The notes beneath the pieces were generated by a model that was not told the origin of the DNA, searched no databases, and was given only the letters and a program-made list of their open reading frames with translations. A DNA stretch of 64,000 nucleotides from Nitrospirota bacterium (lineage in GTDB: Bacteria > Nitrospirota > UBA9217): NCBI GenBank assembly GCA_963790205.1, contig CAWBNQ010000010.1:64001-128000 (forward strand). Reading direction: 5' to 3'. Both the position numbers and the translations under genes were made by a program. Positions 1-10,247 of this stretch are shown in pieces. Each line of letters opens with the position of its first letter. Positions within the stretch are counted from its first letter, which is position 1.

Positions 1-239
1 CGTTCTACACTAGTAGGTGTGGGTCGGATTGCCAGAATAAGAAAGTGGCCATACCCATCCAAATACGCATTCAGGAAATAATTGATAGGCGTGGTGGGGA
101 CGAATTTGCGGAACACCGCTTGGATCAAGCACGCTGAAGATTCAAGGAAGGTGGTATGGCTGACACCAAGGGCGAGAAAGGAAATGAGGTTGAACTTTGC
201 TTAATAAGGGACAGGTTGAAGAGACTGCCCTGAAAATTA

Positions 240-812
240 TCACAAACTGCCGCATTTTTCCTTGTAAATCAACTTCAGGCGTCCTTCGGGTTTATCGTTC
301 ATAACCTCAAGCATTATGCATCCGCTGGGCGTGCTCCAGATATCAAGTCTCTGGTAAAACGATATTTCCTCAGGTTTTGCTGATTTCGACGGCGTCCCGA
401 ACTCCGAGACCAAGACATTGAGAAACTCTTTGTAAGTGTCCAAAAGGTTATCGCGCGTTTTTAATTGGTTTTGTTCAATCTTGCCTTCAAATGTAATTTC
501 GACCTCGTAAAGTTGTGAACTGATAAATCTTAAAATCGTTTCTTTTATCGGAGGCGTGAAAAGGTCATCCTTCCTGGCGATCCCGAACCCCCTGGAGAAA
601 TCAACGCCCTGGAATTCTTTTATCCTGTTGCAGAAGTAATAGTCTCCTTCTTTGCCAACCGCGAAATAAGGCCCGCACTTATCCTTAGCATTTTCAGGTG
701 TCATTCTCCAATATAGGCCGGCATATCCGGTAATGTCCTTCTTTTCTCTCGCACCCGCAGATTGGCCGAAAAAAAAGGCACAAGACAAGATAATGGCAAT
801 TAAATATTTCAT
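240..812 (-). CDS. Secreted hypothetical protein (possible BLIP/SmpA-like alpha-beta fold)
   Basis: Signal peptide MKYLIAIILSCAFFFGQSAGA after an AGGAG RBS. Motifs GLYWRMTPE and EFGTP. Lower GC than neighbouring genes. Confidence 0.6.
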   Translation of the reverse strand: MKYLIAIILSCAFFFGQSAGAREKKDITGYAGLYWRMTPENAKDKCGPYFAVGKEGDYYFCNRIKEFQGVDFSRGFGIARKDDLFTPPIKETILRFISSQLYEVEITFEGKIEQNQLKTRDNLLDTYKEFLNVLVSEFGTPSKSAKPEEISFYQRLDIWSTPSGCIMLEVMNDKPEGRLKLIYKEKCGSL

Positions 813-968
813 GCTCTCCTCGTTTGATGTTCCCATAATACTCATTCTCTGAACTCTTGTCTATATAATCATTGCTGCTTTTGAGTTGAAGTATGAATGT
901 TCCTGAATGACGCAACTACCGCAAAGTTCAGGATGAAGTTTACAGTCGCTAACACCAGCCACTTTTTT

Positions 969-2528
969 TCATGTCAGCAGCAGCTGGTTCTCTTTCGACC
1001 TGCTCTCCCCCACATTCGACACGTAGATCGCCGGCCTGCCGAGCACCGGGCATTTGGCCTCGCAGATGCCGCAGCCGATGCAGAGTTCGAGGTCCACGTG
1101 GGGCTGCTTTACGGTTGTGACCTTTCCCTGCCGGTCGCGCACCCGGACTTCCTCGAACCAGATGGCCTTCTTCGAGGTGGGGCAGACCTCTTCGCACATG
1201 ATGCACGGCCGGGCCTGCGCCCAGGGGAGGCACCTTCCCTTGTCGATCATGGCAAGGCCTATCCTGACCTTCGCCTTTTCTTCGAGGCTCAGCCGCTTGA
1301 TCGCGCCCGTGGGGCAGACCTGGCCGCAGAGCGTGCAGCGATACTCGCAGTACCCGATGCGCGGCACGAGCATGGGCGACCAGATCCCCTCGACGCCGGC
1401 CTCGAACAGCGTGGGCTGGAGCCCGTTCGTGGTGCAGACCTTCATGCACTCGCCGCATTTCACGCAGCGTTTGAGAAACTCCTTCTCTTCAAGCGCTCCC
1501 GGAGGACGCAATAGCACCGGGTCCTGGGCGCCCGCTTTCGCGATCGGGACCGCGCGCAGGAGCGGCACGGTGACGACGCCGGTGACGAAGGAAGCGATAA
1601 CGCGCCTTCTGCCCAGGTCCATGGCCGCGGTCCCCGTCTTTCGTTTGAACTCGAAGCTGACGGCATTCTGCGGGCAGATATCGTCGCAGTTCCTGCACCC
1701 GAGACATTCCGTATCGCGCCAGTGTTCTTTGACGTCAGGCTGGGCATTTCCCTGGCATGCGGTCGCACAGACGCCGCAGGAGGTGCAGTCTTCGCTCACC
1801 GACCGCTTCAGGAATGAAAAGCGGGAGAGGATGCCGAGGAACGCTCCGAGCGGACAGAGATATTTGCACCAGAACCTCTTCTCGATGAAGTTCAGCCCCA
1901 GGACAATGAAAAAGAGCGTACCGATGAGCACGCTCTGATTGTACGATGACTGCTCAAAGGTGAGCACGGTCTTTTTGAGGACCGTATACAAGGGCTCGGT
2001 GACAGCGGCGATGCCCGCCGGATTTACGCTGTATATCGTGTCGAAGAGGGAGCGGACGCCGTAATTGAAGAGTGGAAAGCCGCTGATCGAGAGCGACCGG
2101 ATGAGGAGCGAGAGCGGGTCCATGACCCCCACGGGCTGGAGCGTGAACAGGGCCGAGGCCATGATGGCGATAAGGAGATAATACTTTACGCGGTACCATT
2201 TTTCGTACATCCCCACAGGCCGTTTTTTCCTGATCGAGCCTGCAAGGGTATTGAGCGTGCCCAGGGGGCAGGCCCAGCCGCAGAACACCCGGCCGAAGAG
2301 GATGGTGATGACGATCGTGACAAGGGAGAAATAGAACGCCTTTGCCGCTGCGTGGGCAGCGAGGAGAGTTGTAACCAGGATGAGGGGGTCGAAGTCGAGA
2401 AAGAGCCGCGCCGGATAGCCAAGCTCGTCGTTACCCTTGGACTCGGTCTGGATGAACAGAAAGAGGAAAAGGAGCAGGAAGAGGCCCTGGACAAGCCTGC
2501 GTGTATTTTGGATAGTGAATAAACGCAT
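969..2528 (-). CDS. Membrane 4Fe-4S polyferredoxin (NapH/MauN + MauM/NapG-like fusion)
   Basis: TM helices, GRVFCGWACPLG and RFWCKYLCPLG motifs, multiple CxxCxxCxxxCP, and LRPPGAL...FLKRCVKCGEC. Confidence 0.85.
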   Translation of the reverse strand: MRLFTIQNTRRLVQGLFLLLFLFLFIQTESKGNDELGYPARLFLDFDPLILVTTLLAAHAAAKAFYFSLVTIVITILFGRVFCGWACPLGTLNTLAGSIRKKRPVGMYEKWYRVKYYLLIAIMASALFTLQPVGVMDPLSLLIRSLSISGFPLFNYGVRSLFDTIYSVNPAGIAAVTEPLYTVLKKTVLTFEQSSYNQSVLIGTLFFIVLGLNFIEKRFWCKYLCPLGAFLGILSRFSFLKRSVSEDCTSCGVCATACQGNAQPDVKEHWRDTECLGCRNCDDICPQNAVSFEFKRKTGTAAMDLGRRRVIASFVTGVVTVPLLRAVPIAKAGAQDPVLLRPPGALEEKEFLKRCVKCGECMKVCTTNGLQPTLFEAGVEGIWSPMLVPRIGYCEYRCTLCGQVCPTGAIKRLSLEEKAKVRIGLAMIDKGRCLPWAQARPCIMCEEVCPTSKKAIWFEEVRVRDRQGKVTTVKQPHVDLELCIGCGICEAKCPVLGRPAIYVSNVGESRSKENQLLLT

Positions 2529-2556
2529 TTTCTAAGCCTCAATGCCTATCGATCTT

Positions 2557-2928
2557 TCATCCTCCCACCTCGCGGGGGAGGACCGAGGTGGGGGGCAGGT
2601 CGCTGCATGCTTCTCTTATTTTTTCCAGCACACCAGCAATGTTCATCAGAATATCATTATTCCAGAATCGCAATATCATAAAACCCTGCTTTTTCAAGTA
2701 TTCATCGCGAATGCGATCTGTATCACTTCCGCTATGCTGTCCGCCGTCAGCCTCTATAATAAGTCTCTTTTCGAAGCAAACGAAATCAACAATGTAGTGG
2801 TCTATCGGAACCTGTCGCCTGAACCGCAGGCCCCCCATCTGGTTCAGCCGAATGTGTTTCCATAAAAAGCGTTCTGCCTCCGTGGGATTTTTTCTCAGCA
2901 CCCTTGCCCTTGCAGTCAGTCGAGGCAA
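2557..2928 (-). CDS. DUF559 (Vsr-like) endonuclease domain protein
   Basis: ARVLRKNPTEAERFLW, FRRQVPIDHYIVDF, IIEADGGQH, ILRFWNNDI. Confidence 0.9.
   Translation of the reverse strand: MPRLTARARVLRKNPTEAERFLWKHIRLNQMGGLRFRRQVPIDHYIVDFVCFEKRLIIEADGGQHSGSDTDRIRDEYLKKQGFMILRFWNNDILMNIAGVLEKIREACSDLPPTSVLPREVGG
2561..2595. repeat. GC-rich palindromic repeat at the DUF559 3' end
   Basis: cctcccacctcgcgggggaggaccgaggtgggggg. Roughly an inverted relative of 2938-2974. Confidence 0.6.
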
Positions 2929-2937
2929 TTCTTGCTA

Positions 2938-2974
2938 CCCCCACCCTACCCCTCCCCCGTTACAGGGGGAGGGA
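2938..2974. repeat. GC-rich palindromic repeat at the DUF559 5' side
   Basis: cccccaccctacccctcccccgttacagggggaggga, with hairpin cctccccc/gggggagg. Confidence 0.65.
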
Positions 2975-3000
2975 ATGCCGTCACAAGTTGTACGGGTCAG

Positions 3001-3903
3001 CTACGCCTGTACCTTCTTTATCCTCAGTTTATTCAAGTCCATCTGCCCGAGCCCCCTTTTGTGCGCAAGCGTCACATACCCGAGGTCGCTCCCCTTCATG
3101 CCGAAGAGCGTCGCCCCGTAGGAGTCGATCGCGACCGGATCGACGCCCACGATGACCGTATCCAGCTTTTTCACGTCCGCGAGGCTCCCTCCCTGCGGGC
3201 CGTTGGCCGTCAGGATGCGCACGGCGTCGAGGATCGTGAGCGTGGGTTTGATCTTCGTGGAAAGGTCCACGAGGCTCTCATCCAGCTTCTGGTGGATCTG
3301 GCGGCGCGACCCGCCCATCACGCCCATCCAGTTCTTCATGGACATGGTGAGCTTTGCAAGGCCATGGTGCTTTGCGATCGGGATATTGATCACCTTGTCG
3401 GCTTCAAAGACCTCGGTATACAGCGGCCAGGACTTGAGCGCCGAGCCGTTGATGTCCATGTCCTTGAACTTCCGGTCGTCCGCGTAATCCACGTTCGCGC
3501 CCAGCGCGCCGGCCGCAGCGGCGATCCCGCTCTGGACAAAGCACCGCCGCGGATCGTTCACCGGCCGGTCGAAGACCCTGACCTTTTTGGCACCCGCCTC
3601 GAAGCAGAGCTTGACGACCGCCGCGACAACCTCGGGGTTCGTGTTCCCCGCCTGCTCCGGCGTCCGGTCCCAGCCGATGTTCGGTTTAATGACCACCACG
3701 TCGCCGCGGGAAATGAACTTCCTGATGCCGCCCATGGCGTCAAGAGCGGCCTTCACGATCAGTTCGGGAGAGGCTCCGTGCGCGACCACGAGGTCCGGCC
3801 GCATTGCCCGCTCGGCCGCTTCGGCAAGCGCGTCCAGCCCTCCGGGCATCGACAACCCCGCGCCCGTAAGCGCGGCAAGCTTCAGGAACTTTCTGCGATC
3901 CAT
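3001..3903 (-). CDS. Tat-exported DUF362 domain protein
   Basis: MDRRKFLK Tat signal, VVIKPNIGW, NIPIAKHH, TMSMKNWMG. Confidence 0.9.
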   Translation of the reverse strand: MDRRKFLKLAALTGAGLSMPGGLDALAEAAERAMRPDLVVAHGASPELIVKAALDAMGGIRKFISRGDVVVIKPNIGWDRTPEQAGNTNPEVVAAVVKLCFEAGAKKVRVFDRPVNDPRRCFVQSGIAAAAGALGANVDYADDRKFKDMDINGSALKSWPLYTEVFEADKVINIPIAKHHGLAKLTMSMKNWMGVMGGSRRQIHQKLDESLVDLSTKIKPTLTILDAVRILTANGPQGGSLADVKKLDTVIVGVDPVAIDSYGATLFGMKGSDLGYVTLAHKRGLGQMDLNKLRIKKVQA

Positions 3904-3906
3904 GGG

Positions 3907-5277
3907 TCACCTCACCTTTCCCCTCGCGAGCGACGCGAAGATGCCGGCGAAACAGAGAACGGCAAAAAGGGAGAACGCGGTCCGCACGCTCTTCAAAAAG
4001 AGCGGATAATTTTCCGGCGTGATGCGCGCGCTCCCGATATGCACCGAGAAGATGAGCATGGCGATGCCCATGGAGAGCATCTGGCCGGTGAGCCGCATGG
4101 TCCCGAGCGTAGCCGAACCGATGCCGTAGAACCGTTTGTCGATGGAGCTCATGACCGCGTTCGTGTTCGGCGACGAGAAAAGGGCGAACCCGAACCCGAG
4201 CAGCACGAGACCGGACACGATGGACCCGGGGTGCGTGTCCGCGTTCAGGAAGGTGAAGAGAAAAAGCCCGACCGCCGCGAACGCCATGCCGATGGACGCA
4301 ACGACCCTCGGTTCTATTTTATCAGAAAGCTTGCCCGCGGAAGGCGAAAAGATGACCATGACCAGGGGCTGCGCAACGAGGACCAGGCCTGCGTGCTGGG
4401 GGGTAAATCCCTTGATATATTGCAGATAGAGGCTCAGGAGAAATCCCACGGCAAAGGTGGCGCTGTAGTTGATCAGGGCGGCGAGATTGGAGAAGGTAAA
4501 AGCGGCGTTCCCGATGAACAGGTCCATGTTGAGCAGCGGGCTTTCGGCCTTCCTTTCCCACGCGATGAAGAGGGCCGCTCCGCCGATGCCGATGAGGATC
4601 AGCCATGCGCCCGCTTGCGCAGGCAGGCGCGAGAGCCCCTCCATGAGCGCCACCAGGGTGACCCCGTAGATCACGGAGCCGGCGCGATCGAACTTCTCGC
4701 CCCGCGAACCCGCCCACTCTCCCTGCAGTTTGGTCAGGAGCAGATAGATCACGAGCAGTCCGATCGGGATGTTCACGAGAAAGATGCTCCGCCACCCGAA
4801 CTGATGGGTCAAAAACCCGCCGAGAAAGGGGCCGAGCGACAGGCCGAGATACACGGCGGCCACATTGATCCCGAGCACTCTTCCCCGCTCGCCCGGAGGG
4901 AACACGGACGTAACGATCGCCATGCCCGTGCCGAAGATCATGGCCCCTCCGACCCCTTCAAGCACGCGGAACGCGATGAGCAGCGACGCGGTCGGGGAAA
5001 AGGCCAGGAGCAGGGCCGCCAGCGTGTAAAGCGAGATGCCGTAGAGGAATATCCTCTTCCGTCCGTAGATGTCGGCGATCCTGCCGAAGGGCACGAGGAA
5101 CACGGCGGCCGCGAGCAGATAGGCCGTGGGGATCCAGCTCAAGGCCACGGCGCTCATGTTGAATTCCCGGCCGATGGCGGGAAGCGCGATATTGATCGAC
5201 GATACCATGAAGGGAGTGAGGAACGCGGCGAGAACGGCGATCAGGAGGGCCGAGCGTTTTAGAGCATTATCATTCAT
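3907..5277 (-). CDS. MFS transporter (DHA2/EmrB-like)
   Basis: About 14 TM segments, GRIADIYGRKR motif A, WRSIFLVNIPIG. Confidence 0.9.
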   Translation of the reverse strand: MNDNALKRSALLIAVLAAFLTPFMVSSINIALPAIGREFNMSAVALSWIPTAYLLAAAVFLVPFGRIADIYGRKRIFLYGISLYTLAALLLAFSPTASLLIAFRVLEGVGGAMIFGTGMAIVTSVFPPGERGRVLGINVAAVYLGLSLGPFLGGFLTHQFGWRSIFLVNIPIGLLVIYLLLTKLQGEWAGSRGEKFDRAGSVIYGVTLVALMEGLSRLPAQAGAWLILIGIGGAALFIAWERKAESPLLNMDLFIGNAAFTFSNLAALINYSATFAVGFLLSLYLQYIKGFTPQHAGLVLVAQPLVMVIFSPSAGKLSDKIEPRVVASIGMAFAAVGLFLFTFLNADTHPGSIVSGLVLLGFGFALFSSPNTNAVMSSIDKRFYGIGSATLGTMRLTGQMLSMGIAMLIFSVHIGSARITPENYPLFLKSVRTAFSLFAVLCFAGIFASLARGKVR

Positions 5278-5304
5278 GAACTCTGTCCTGCCCGGCAGGC
5301 GCTC

Positions 5305-5523
5305 CTATCTGAACTTCCCGATGAGATAGAGGATGAGGCTGATGATGATACTGATGATGATGCTCGTGGCCAGCGGAAAATAGAAGGTGAAATTATCTTT
5401 TTTGATGAGAATATCGCCGGGGAGCTTCCCCGGGAACGGCGTTTTCTGGAACAAGAGCAGAACGAGGCCGACCACGATGAGCACGACCCCGATCAGGATT
5501 ATCGCTTTGGCCGTCTCACCCAT
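5305..5523 (-). CDS. DUF2905 family small membrane protein
   Basis: GKLPGDI...FTFYFPLATSIIIS. Confidence 0.85.
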   Translation of the reverse strand: MGETAKAIILIGVVLIVVGLVLLLFQKTPFPGKLPGDILIKKDNFTFYFPLATSIIISIIISLILYLIGKFR

Positions 5524-5530
5524 AGCGGTC

Positions 5531-6373
5531 CTATTCGGAGAAAAAGTCGAGGATCCTGCCCAGGGTCGCGCGCATCTCCTTGCGCGGGACGATCATGTCG
5601 ATCATGCCGTGATCGAGCAGGAACTCCGCCCGCTGGAACCCCGCGGGAAGCTGTTGCTTGATCGTCTGTTCGATCACGCGGGGGCCTGCAAACCCGATAA
5701 GGCTCTTGGGTTCCGCCACGATAAGGTCCCCGAGCATGGCGAAACTCGCCGTGACCCCGCCGAAGGTCGGATCGGTGAGCACCGAGATGAAGGGAAGCCC
5801 GGCCTCGCCCAGCCGCGCAACGGCCGCCGAGGTCTTGGCCATCTGCATGAGGGAAAGGATCCCCTCCTGCATCCGAGCCCCGCCCGAGGAAGCCACCGAC
5901 ACGAAGGGCGTCCTCTTCTCCAGCGCCCGCTCCACGGCCCGGGCGATCTTCTCGCCCACGACCGAACCCATGCTGCCGCCCATAAAGTTGAAGTCCATGA
6001 TGACGAGCGAAACAGGTCTTCCGCCGATCTTGGCCTCGCCGGAGATGACCGCGTCCTTGAGACCGGTCTTTTTGCGGCTGCTCTTGAGCTTGTCCTTGTA
6101 GTCCTTGAACCCAAGAAAATCCTTGGGCGAGAGACCATCCTCAACCTCAAGAAAGCTCCCTTCGTCCACCAGGTAGGGCAGCCGCTCCGACGCCGTGATG
6201 CGGAAATGGTAGTCGCACTTGGGACAGACCTTGAAGTTCTTGTCTACCTCTTTGCGATAGATGATCTCTTTGCAATTGTCGCACTTGACCCACAATCCCT
6301 CGGGTATCTTGACCTTCTTGGGCGGGGCCTCGGGAGCGGCGCTTTCGGGCCGTTCTTTCTTAAACCAAGCCAT
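5531..6373 (-). CDS. accD: Acetyl-CoA carboxylase carboxyltransferase beta subunit
   Basis: LWVKCDNC...CPKC zinc finger, [34 protein letters not shown]. Confidence 0.97.
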   Translation of the reverse strand: MAWFKKERPESAAPEAPPKKVKIPEGLWVKCDNCKEIIYRKEVDKNFKVCPKCDYHFRITASERLPYLVDEGSFLEVEDGLSPKDFLGFKDYKDKLKSSRKKTGLKDAVISGEAKIGGRPVSLVIMDFNFMGGSMGSVVGEKIARAVERALEKRTPFVSVASSGGARMQEGILSLMQMAKTSAAVARLGEAGLPFISVLTDPTFGGVTASFAMLGDLIVAEPKSLIGFAGPRVIEQTIKQQLPAGFQRAEFLLDHGMIDMIVPRKEMRATLGRILDFFSE

Positions 6374-6389
6374 GACTCTCCTCTACAAC

Positions 6390-6521
6390 AAGCGCCAAAT
6401 CTCAAGCATCAAATCTCAAATAATGTTCAAAATAACAATGACCGAAATTCAAAACTGTTTTGGATATTGAAATTTGGCATTTGGAGCTTATTGGTAATTT
6501 GGATTTTGCTCTTTAGAGCTT
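6390..6521. repeat. AT-rich inverted element built of ~7-nt repeats
   Basis: caaatctcaagcatcaaatctcaaa ... ttggatattgaaatttggcatttggagcttattggtaatttggattttg. Confidence 0.6.
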
Positions 6522-7287
6522 AAAAATGATACGTCTTCCCCTCCTGGAGGATCTTCACGTTCTTCCTGCCGAGGGCCTTGAGTTCGCTGAGCACTTTCCT
6601 TTTATGGACCGGCTTTACATGATAGACATAGATCGGCACGTCATTGCCGATCTTTGCCTTGGCAAGATCGTTGTGGAGCTGGCCCGGCGTAAAGTGACCG
6701 CTCAGGTGGGCGATCATATCGAGGCTGTTCGGGAACGAAGTGTCCACGATGATTGCCTTGAGATTCTTTACCTTGGCCGCCTCCTTCCAGAGGCCCTCAT
6801 TCGGCCCGGTATCGGCGCTATAAAGGAGGGAAGCTTTCCCGTCATTCACGATGAAACCGACGGCGGGGACGGGGTGGTTCATGGGGATAGTCTTTACCTT
6901 CAGCCCGGCGATGCTCACCGTAGCGCCTATCGCCATCGGTTTATACGTCAGCACCGGATTTTTGGCATTCGGAATCTTGGTAAAGTCCGGCCAGATGATG
7001 TCGTTCATCAGGTGTTTTTTTATTGCATCGATCACCGCGGGGATTGCCCGGATATTCACCGGTTTTTTGATGCGGCCGATGATGTTGTCCGCCAGAAACA
7101 AGACCGATTTGATATGGTCAAGGTGCGTATGACTGATAAAAATATCGGTGATCCTGCTCTGCGCTTCGATGCTCAGCGCCGCCGTGATGGTGCCCGCGTC
7201 GAGCATCAGAACGTCGTTGACGAGAAAACCCGGAGGCATATGGCCGATCGTCTCCGAACCGGAGCATCCCAGTATCCTTACCTTCAT
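6520..7287 (-). CDS. Class II (metallo-beta-lactamase fold) 3',5'-cyclic nucleotide phosphodiesterase
   Basis: ILGCSGS, LDAGT, SHTHLDHI, DTSFPN, SGHFTP, YHVKP. Lies next to an adenylate cyclase. Confidence 0.85.
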   Translation of the reverse strand: MKVRILGCSGSETIGHMPPGFLVNDVLMLDAGTITAALSIEAQSRITDIFISHTHLDHIKSVLFLADNIIGRIKKPVNIRAIPAVIDAIKKHLMNDIIWPDFTKIPNAKNPVLTYKPMAIGATVSIAGLKVKTIPMNHPVPAVGFIVNDGKASLLYSADTGPNEGLWKEAAKVKNLKAIIVDTSFPNSLDMIAHLSGHFTPGQLHNDLAKAKIGNDVPIYVYHVKPVHKRKVLSELKALGRKNVKILQEGKTYHF

Positions 7288-7311
7288 TCACCCTCCTTCA
7301 TATGCGGAACA

Positions 7312-7427
7312 TTCTAATATCGAAGTCCCTCCTACCAAACAAAACCAGTATTCGAAAATCAAAAAAGTTTTGATTTACCTCTTTTTGAATTTATTCAGAG
7401 TTTAGAAATTCGTATTTAGGATTTGAG
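7312..7427. repeat. AT-rich heptad-type inverted element
   Basis: tctaatatcgaa...ttcgaaaatc ... tttagaaattcgtatttaggattt. Confidence 0.45.
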
Positions 7428-7428
7428 A

Positions 7429-9327
7429 TCATCCCTTCACCCCGACCAGATCATAGACCACGACCGGAAGCTGCTTGCCTTTTACCGTCACCGCACCCAG
7501 CTCTTTAACCTCTACGATATGCTCTACCTTCGCATACGTATATTCCGATATGATGATATGATTATTGTATTGTCTTGTCAAGCTTTCTAACCGCGCGCCG
7601 AGGTTCACATTGTCCCCGATCACGGTATAATCCATCTTCTTGCCCTCGGCGCCCATATTGCCCACCACCATGTCGCCGGTGTTGATCCCGATCCCGATAT
7701 CGATGGAGTATCTCCCCTCGGCAATCCACTTCGCCTGCAATTCCTTCAGCCGGGTAATCATGGCAAGGGCGCATCTGCACGCGCGTTCGGCATGATCAGG
7801 CTGGCCCACGGGGGCGCCCCAAAGCGCCATGATGGCGTCTCCCACGAACTTGTCCAGGGTCCCTTCATACTGAAATACGATCTCGGTCATGGCTCCCAGG
7901 TATTCATTCAGCAGGGAGACCACTTCTTCGGGCTGGTGTTTCTCGGAGAAGGAAGTAAAACCCCGGATGTCTGAGAAGAGGACCGTGATCTCCTTGCGAT
8001 CGCCGCCGAGCTTTGCCTTGCTGGGGTCCTTGATGAGCTCATCCACGATACGTTTGGATACGTAACTGGAGAACATTTTTCGGATATCCCGCGCGCGCCG
8101 CTCTTCGGTGAAAAAGCGGTACGCCGTCTGGCTGGTGTACCCGAAGAAGAGCGCCGAAGCGGGATACACAAGGTTGAACCAGATGCCCTTGGCCGCAAAC
8201 AGGTAGTATACCGCGCCCAGGTAGCCGATGAAAAGCGAGAGGAACAGCGCGGCGCCGGCCTTGGCCCCGAGCCGAGGGATCGTGACGCCAAGTGCGATCG
8301 CGAAGAAAAAGATGAGGAGCGTGACCGATGTCTCGGTGCGATGGATAAAATCGCCGCGCAGGATATTATCCACCACGCTCGCGTGCTTCTCGATTCCCGC
8401 CATGTTGGGCGAGAAGGGCGTAACGCGCAGGTCATAGATGCCGATGGCCGTTGCGCCGATGAGCACTATTTTATCTTTGAACGTCCCGGGCGTCGTGAGC
8501 CGGTCTAAAATGTCGGAGATCGAATACTGGGGGAACATCCCGTTCGGTCCGCGGTAGTTGATAAGCATGCGACCGTGTTCATCGGTGGGTATGGCCGTCG
8601 TGCCGAGACGGACCTCCCCCCGGTAGTCGAGGGCGAGATCTTCTTTCTTGAGCCCCCGGTACAGCCAGGCGGCCTGGAGCCCGATCGGCGCGTAAAAATC
8701 CCCCTGATAGCCGATCGCGAGCGCTTCCCACCGCAGGGTCCCGTCGGCGTCCGGGATCATGTTGATGTGCCCAAGGCTGTTGGCGACCGACGAGAAGCGC
8801 GGCAGCGTAGGCAGCACCATCTTGGCCTGGAGCGGATAGAACGGCTCGTCGGCATGCTTGATCACCGAATAGGCGGAAGGGACCAAAGATTCCAGCTTCT
8901 TGTCCGTGAAGCCCGATTCCTTGTATCCCGCCTCGGTAAAGTCGAATACCACCGGCAGGATCACGCGGCCGCTTCTCATAATGGCCCGCTGGAACAGATC
9001 GTCGGATTCCACGTTCTCGGGTTCTGTGAAAAACACGTCGAAGCAGATCACCTTCGCGCCGTCTTCCGTAAGGCGGTCCACCACCCTGCCCCAGACCGAA
9101 CGGGGCCAGGGGAAGCGCCCGAGCCTGTTGATGCTCTTCTCGTCAATGGCGGCTATCACGGTCTCGGGCCCCGGGGCAATGGGACCACGCGCCAGAAACC
9201 GCATGTCGAGCGTTTTCTGTTCCAGGATTTCGAAAAATCTGAAATTTCCCAAGTGCATGACCGCAAGGGCAAAGGCCACGATCAGCGCTATGGTGATGCC
9301 GGCCCTTTTCCCCGTTCCCCGTCTCAT
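7429..9327 (-). CDS. CHASE2-domain class III adenylate/guanylate cyclase
   Basis: CHASE2 motifs IDEKS..GRFPWPR, PDADGTLR, KDKIVLIGATA, then 3 TM, then catalytic FSDIRGFT, DKFVGDAIM, DYTVIGDNVNLGARLES. Confidence 0.95.
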   Translation of the reverse strand: MRRGTGKRAGITIALIVAFALAVMHLGNFRFFEILEQKTLDMRFLARGPIAPGPETVIAAIDEKSINRLGRFPWPRSVWGRVVDRLTEDGAKVICFDVFFTEPENVESDDLFQRAIMRSGRVILPVVFDFTEAGYKESGFTDKKLESLVPSAYSVIKHADEPFYPLQAKMVLPTLPRFSSVANSLGHINMIPDADGTLRWEALAIGYQGDFYAPIGLQAAWLYRGLKKEDLALDYRGEVRLGTTAIPTDEHGRMLINYRGPNGMFPQYSISDILDRLTTPGTFKDKIVLIGATAIGIYDLRVTPFSPNMAGIEKHASVVDNILRGDFIHRTETSVTLLIFFFAIALGVTIPRLGAKAGAALFLSLFIGYLGAVYYLFAAKGIWFNLVYPASALFFGYTSQTAYRFFTEERRARDIRKMFSSYVSKRIVDELIKDPSKAKLGGDRKEITVLFSDIRGFTSFSEKHQPEEVVSLLNEYLGAMTEIVFQYEGTLDKFVGDAIMALWGAPVGQPDHAERACRCALAMITRLKELQAKWIAEGRYSIDIGIGINTGDMVVGNMGAEGKKMDYTVIGDNVNLGARLESLTRQYNNHIIISEYTYAKVEHIVEVKELGAVTVKGKQLPVVVYDLVGVKG

Positions 9328-9445
9328 GCGAGCTCCCCGTTTCCTCTCCCGGTGCAGTTATGAGCGATGAAGTTCAGCAGTTGAGAGGTCCGTAATCTCT
9401 TCCTCATTTCCGGACCTCTCCTGTTCCCGGCTTCTCCGCGTTTCC

Positions 9446-10090
9446 CTACGTCATCTCGCCGAAGATCTCCCTCATCTCGAGATACCGTAACAGCCTGTCG
9501 ATCTGTTCCTGGCTCGATATGTGCACCGTGTCGCCGGCAAGCTCCACGATCCGGACGCTGGCCAGCTTTTCGAGAATCATCCTGGTCTGGGCGGTCTCTA
9601 TGCCGGCAATGCCGGAGAGCTCGTCGACGGTGACTGAATATTCCCCGGACTTTTTCTGCTCACGCACCTGTTTGGCGAGGATGCTTACCAGCCGGCTCGT
9701 ATTGTCCTTGATCATGAGGGCTTCCATCTGGTCGTTCGTCTCCCGCAAACGGTCGGCCAGTCGTTTAATGAACCGCACGGCGATCTCTACGTTGCCGCGG
9801 ATGAGCGCGTCGAAGGTCTTCCGGTCGATGACGAGCATCTCGCACTCCTCGATCGTTTCGGCAGATGCGGAACGGGGCTTGTCGTTCAGGATCGCCATCT
9901 CGCCGAAAAACTCGCCCTTTTCGAGCGTGGCGAGGGTCTTCTCTACGCCGCGGATGCGTTTGCTGATCTTCACTCTGCCGGACTGGATGATGTACATCTC
10001 CTCGCCCTTATCACCCTCCTGAAAAAGCACCGTGCCTGCGGGAATTTTCCTGCCGAACCGTGAAAAAAGCTGTCCCTGCATATCTGCCAT
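9446..10090 (-). CDS. Crp/Fnr-family cyclic-nucleotide-binding regulator
   Basis: LFQEGDKGEEMYII, FFGEMAILNDKPRSASA phosphate-binding cassette, C-terminal HTH-like region. Confidence 0.9.
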   Translation of the reverse strand: MADMQGQLFSRFGRKIPAGTVLFQEGDKGEEMYIIQSGRVKISKRIRGVEKTLATLEKGEFFGEMAILNDKPRSASAETIEECEMLVIDRKTFDALIRGNVEIAVRFIKRLADRLRETNDQMEALMIKDNTSRLVSILAKQVREQKKSGEYSVTVDELSGIAGIETAQTRMILEKLASVRIVELAGDTVHISSQEQIDRLLRYLEMREIFGEMT

Positions 10091-10247
10091 ATGCTCCCCC
10101 TCGTGATCGAAGTAGAATGCGGACCGGCAATATCACGCTGTCCGGGACTTCCCTGAACAGTTCAAAATCACCGCCCCTGGACAAAGGCGACATCGCCCGC
10201 TTCACCTGCCCGCTTGCATGAATCCACGAGCAGGGCATCGTATTGAC

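Noticed and set aside
1..235. Partial gene at the window edge
   Set aside because: Only short frames with no recognisable motif.
2932..5262. Long antisense ORFs (776 aa here; also 15837-17492, 33095-34873, 34955-36451, 42244-43512)
   Set aside because: They are shadows of well-supported genes on the opposite strand in GC-rich DNA and carry no recognisable motifs.
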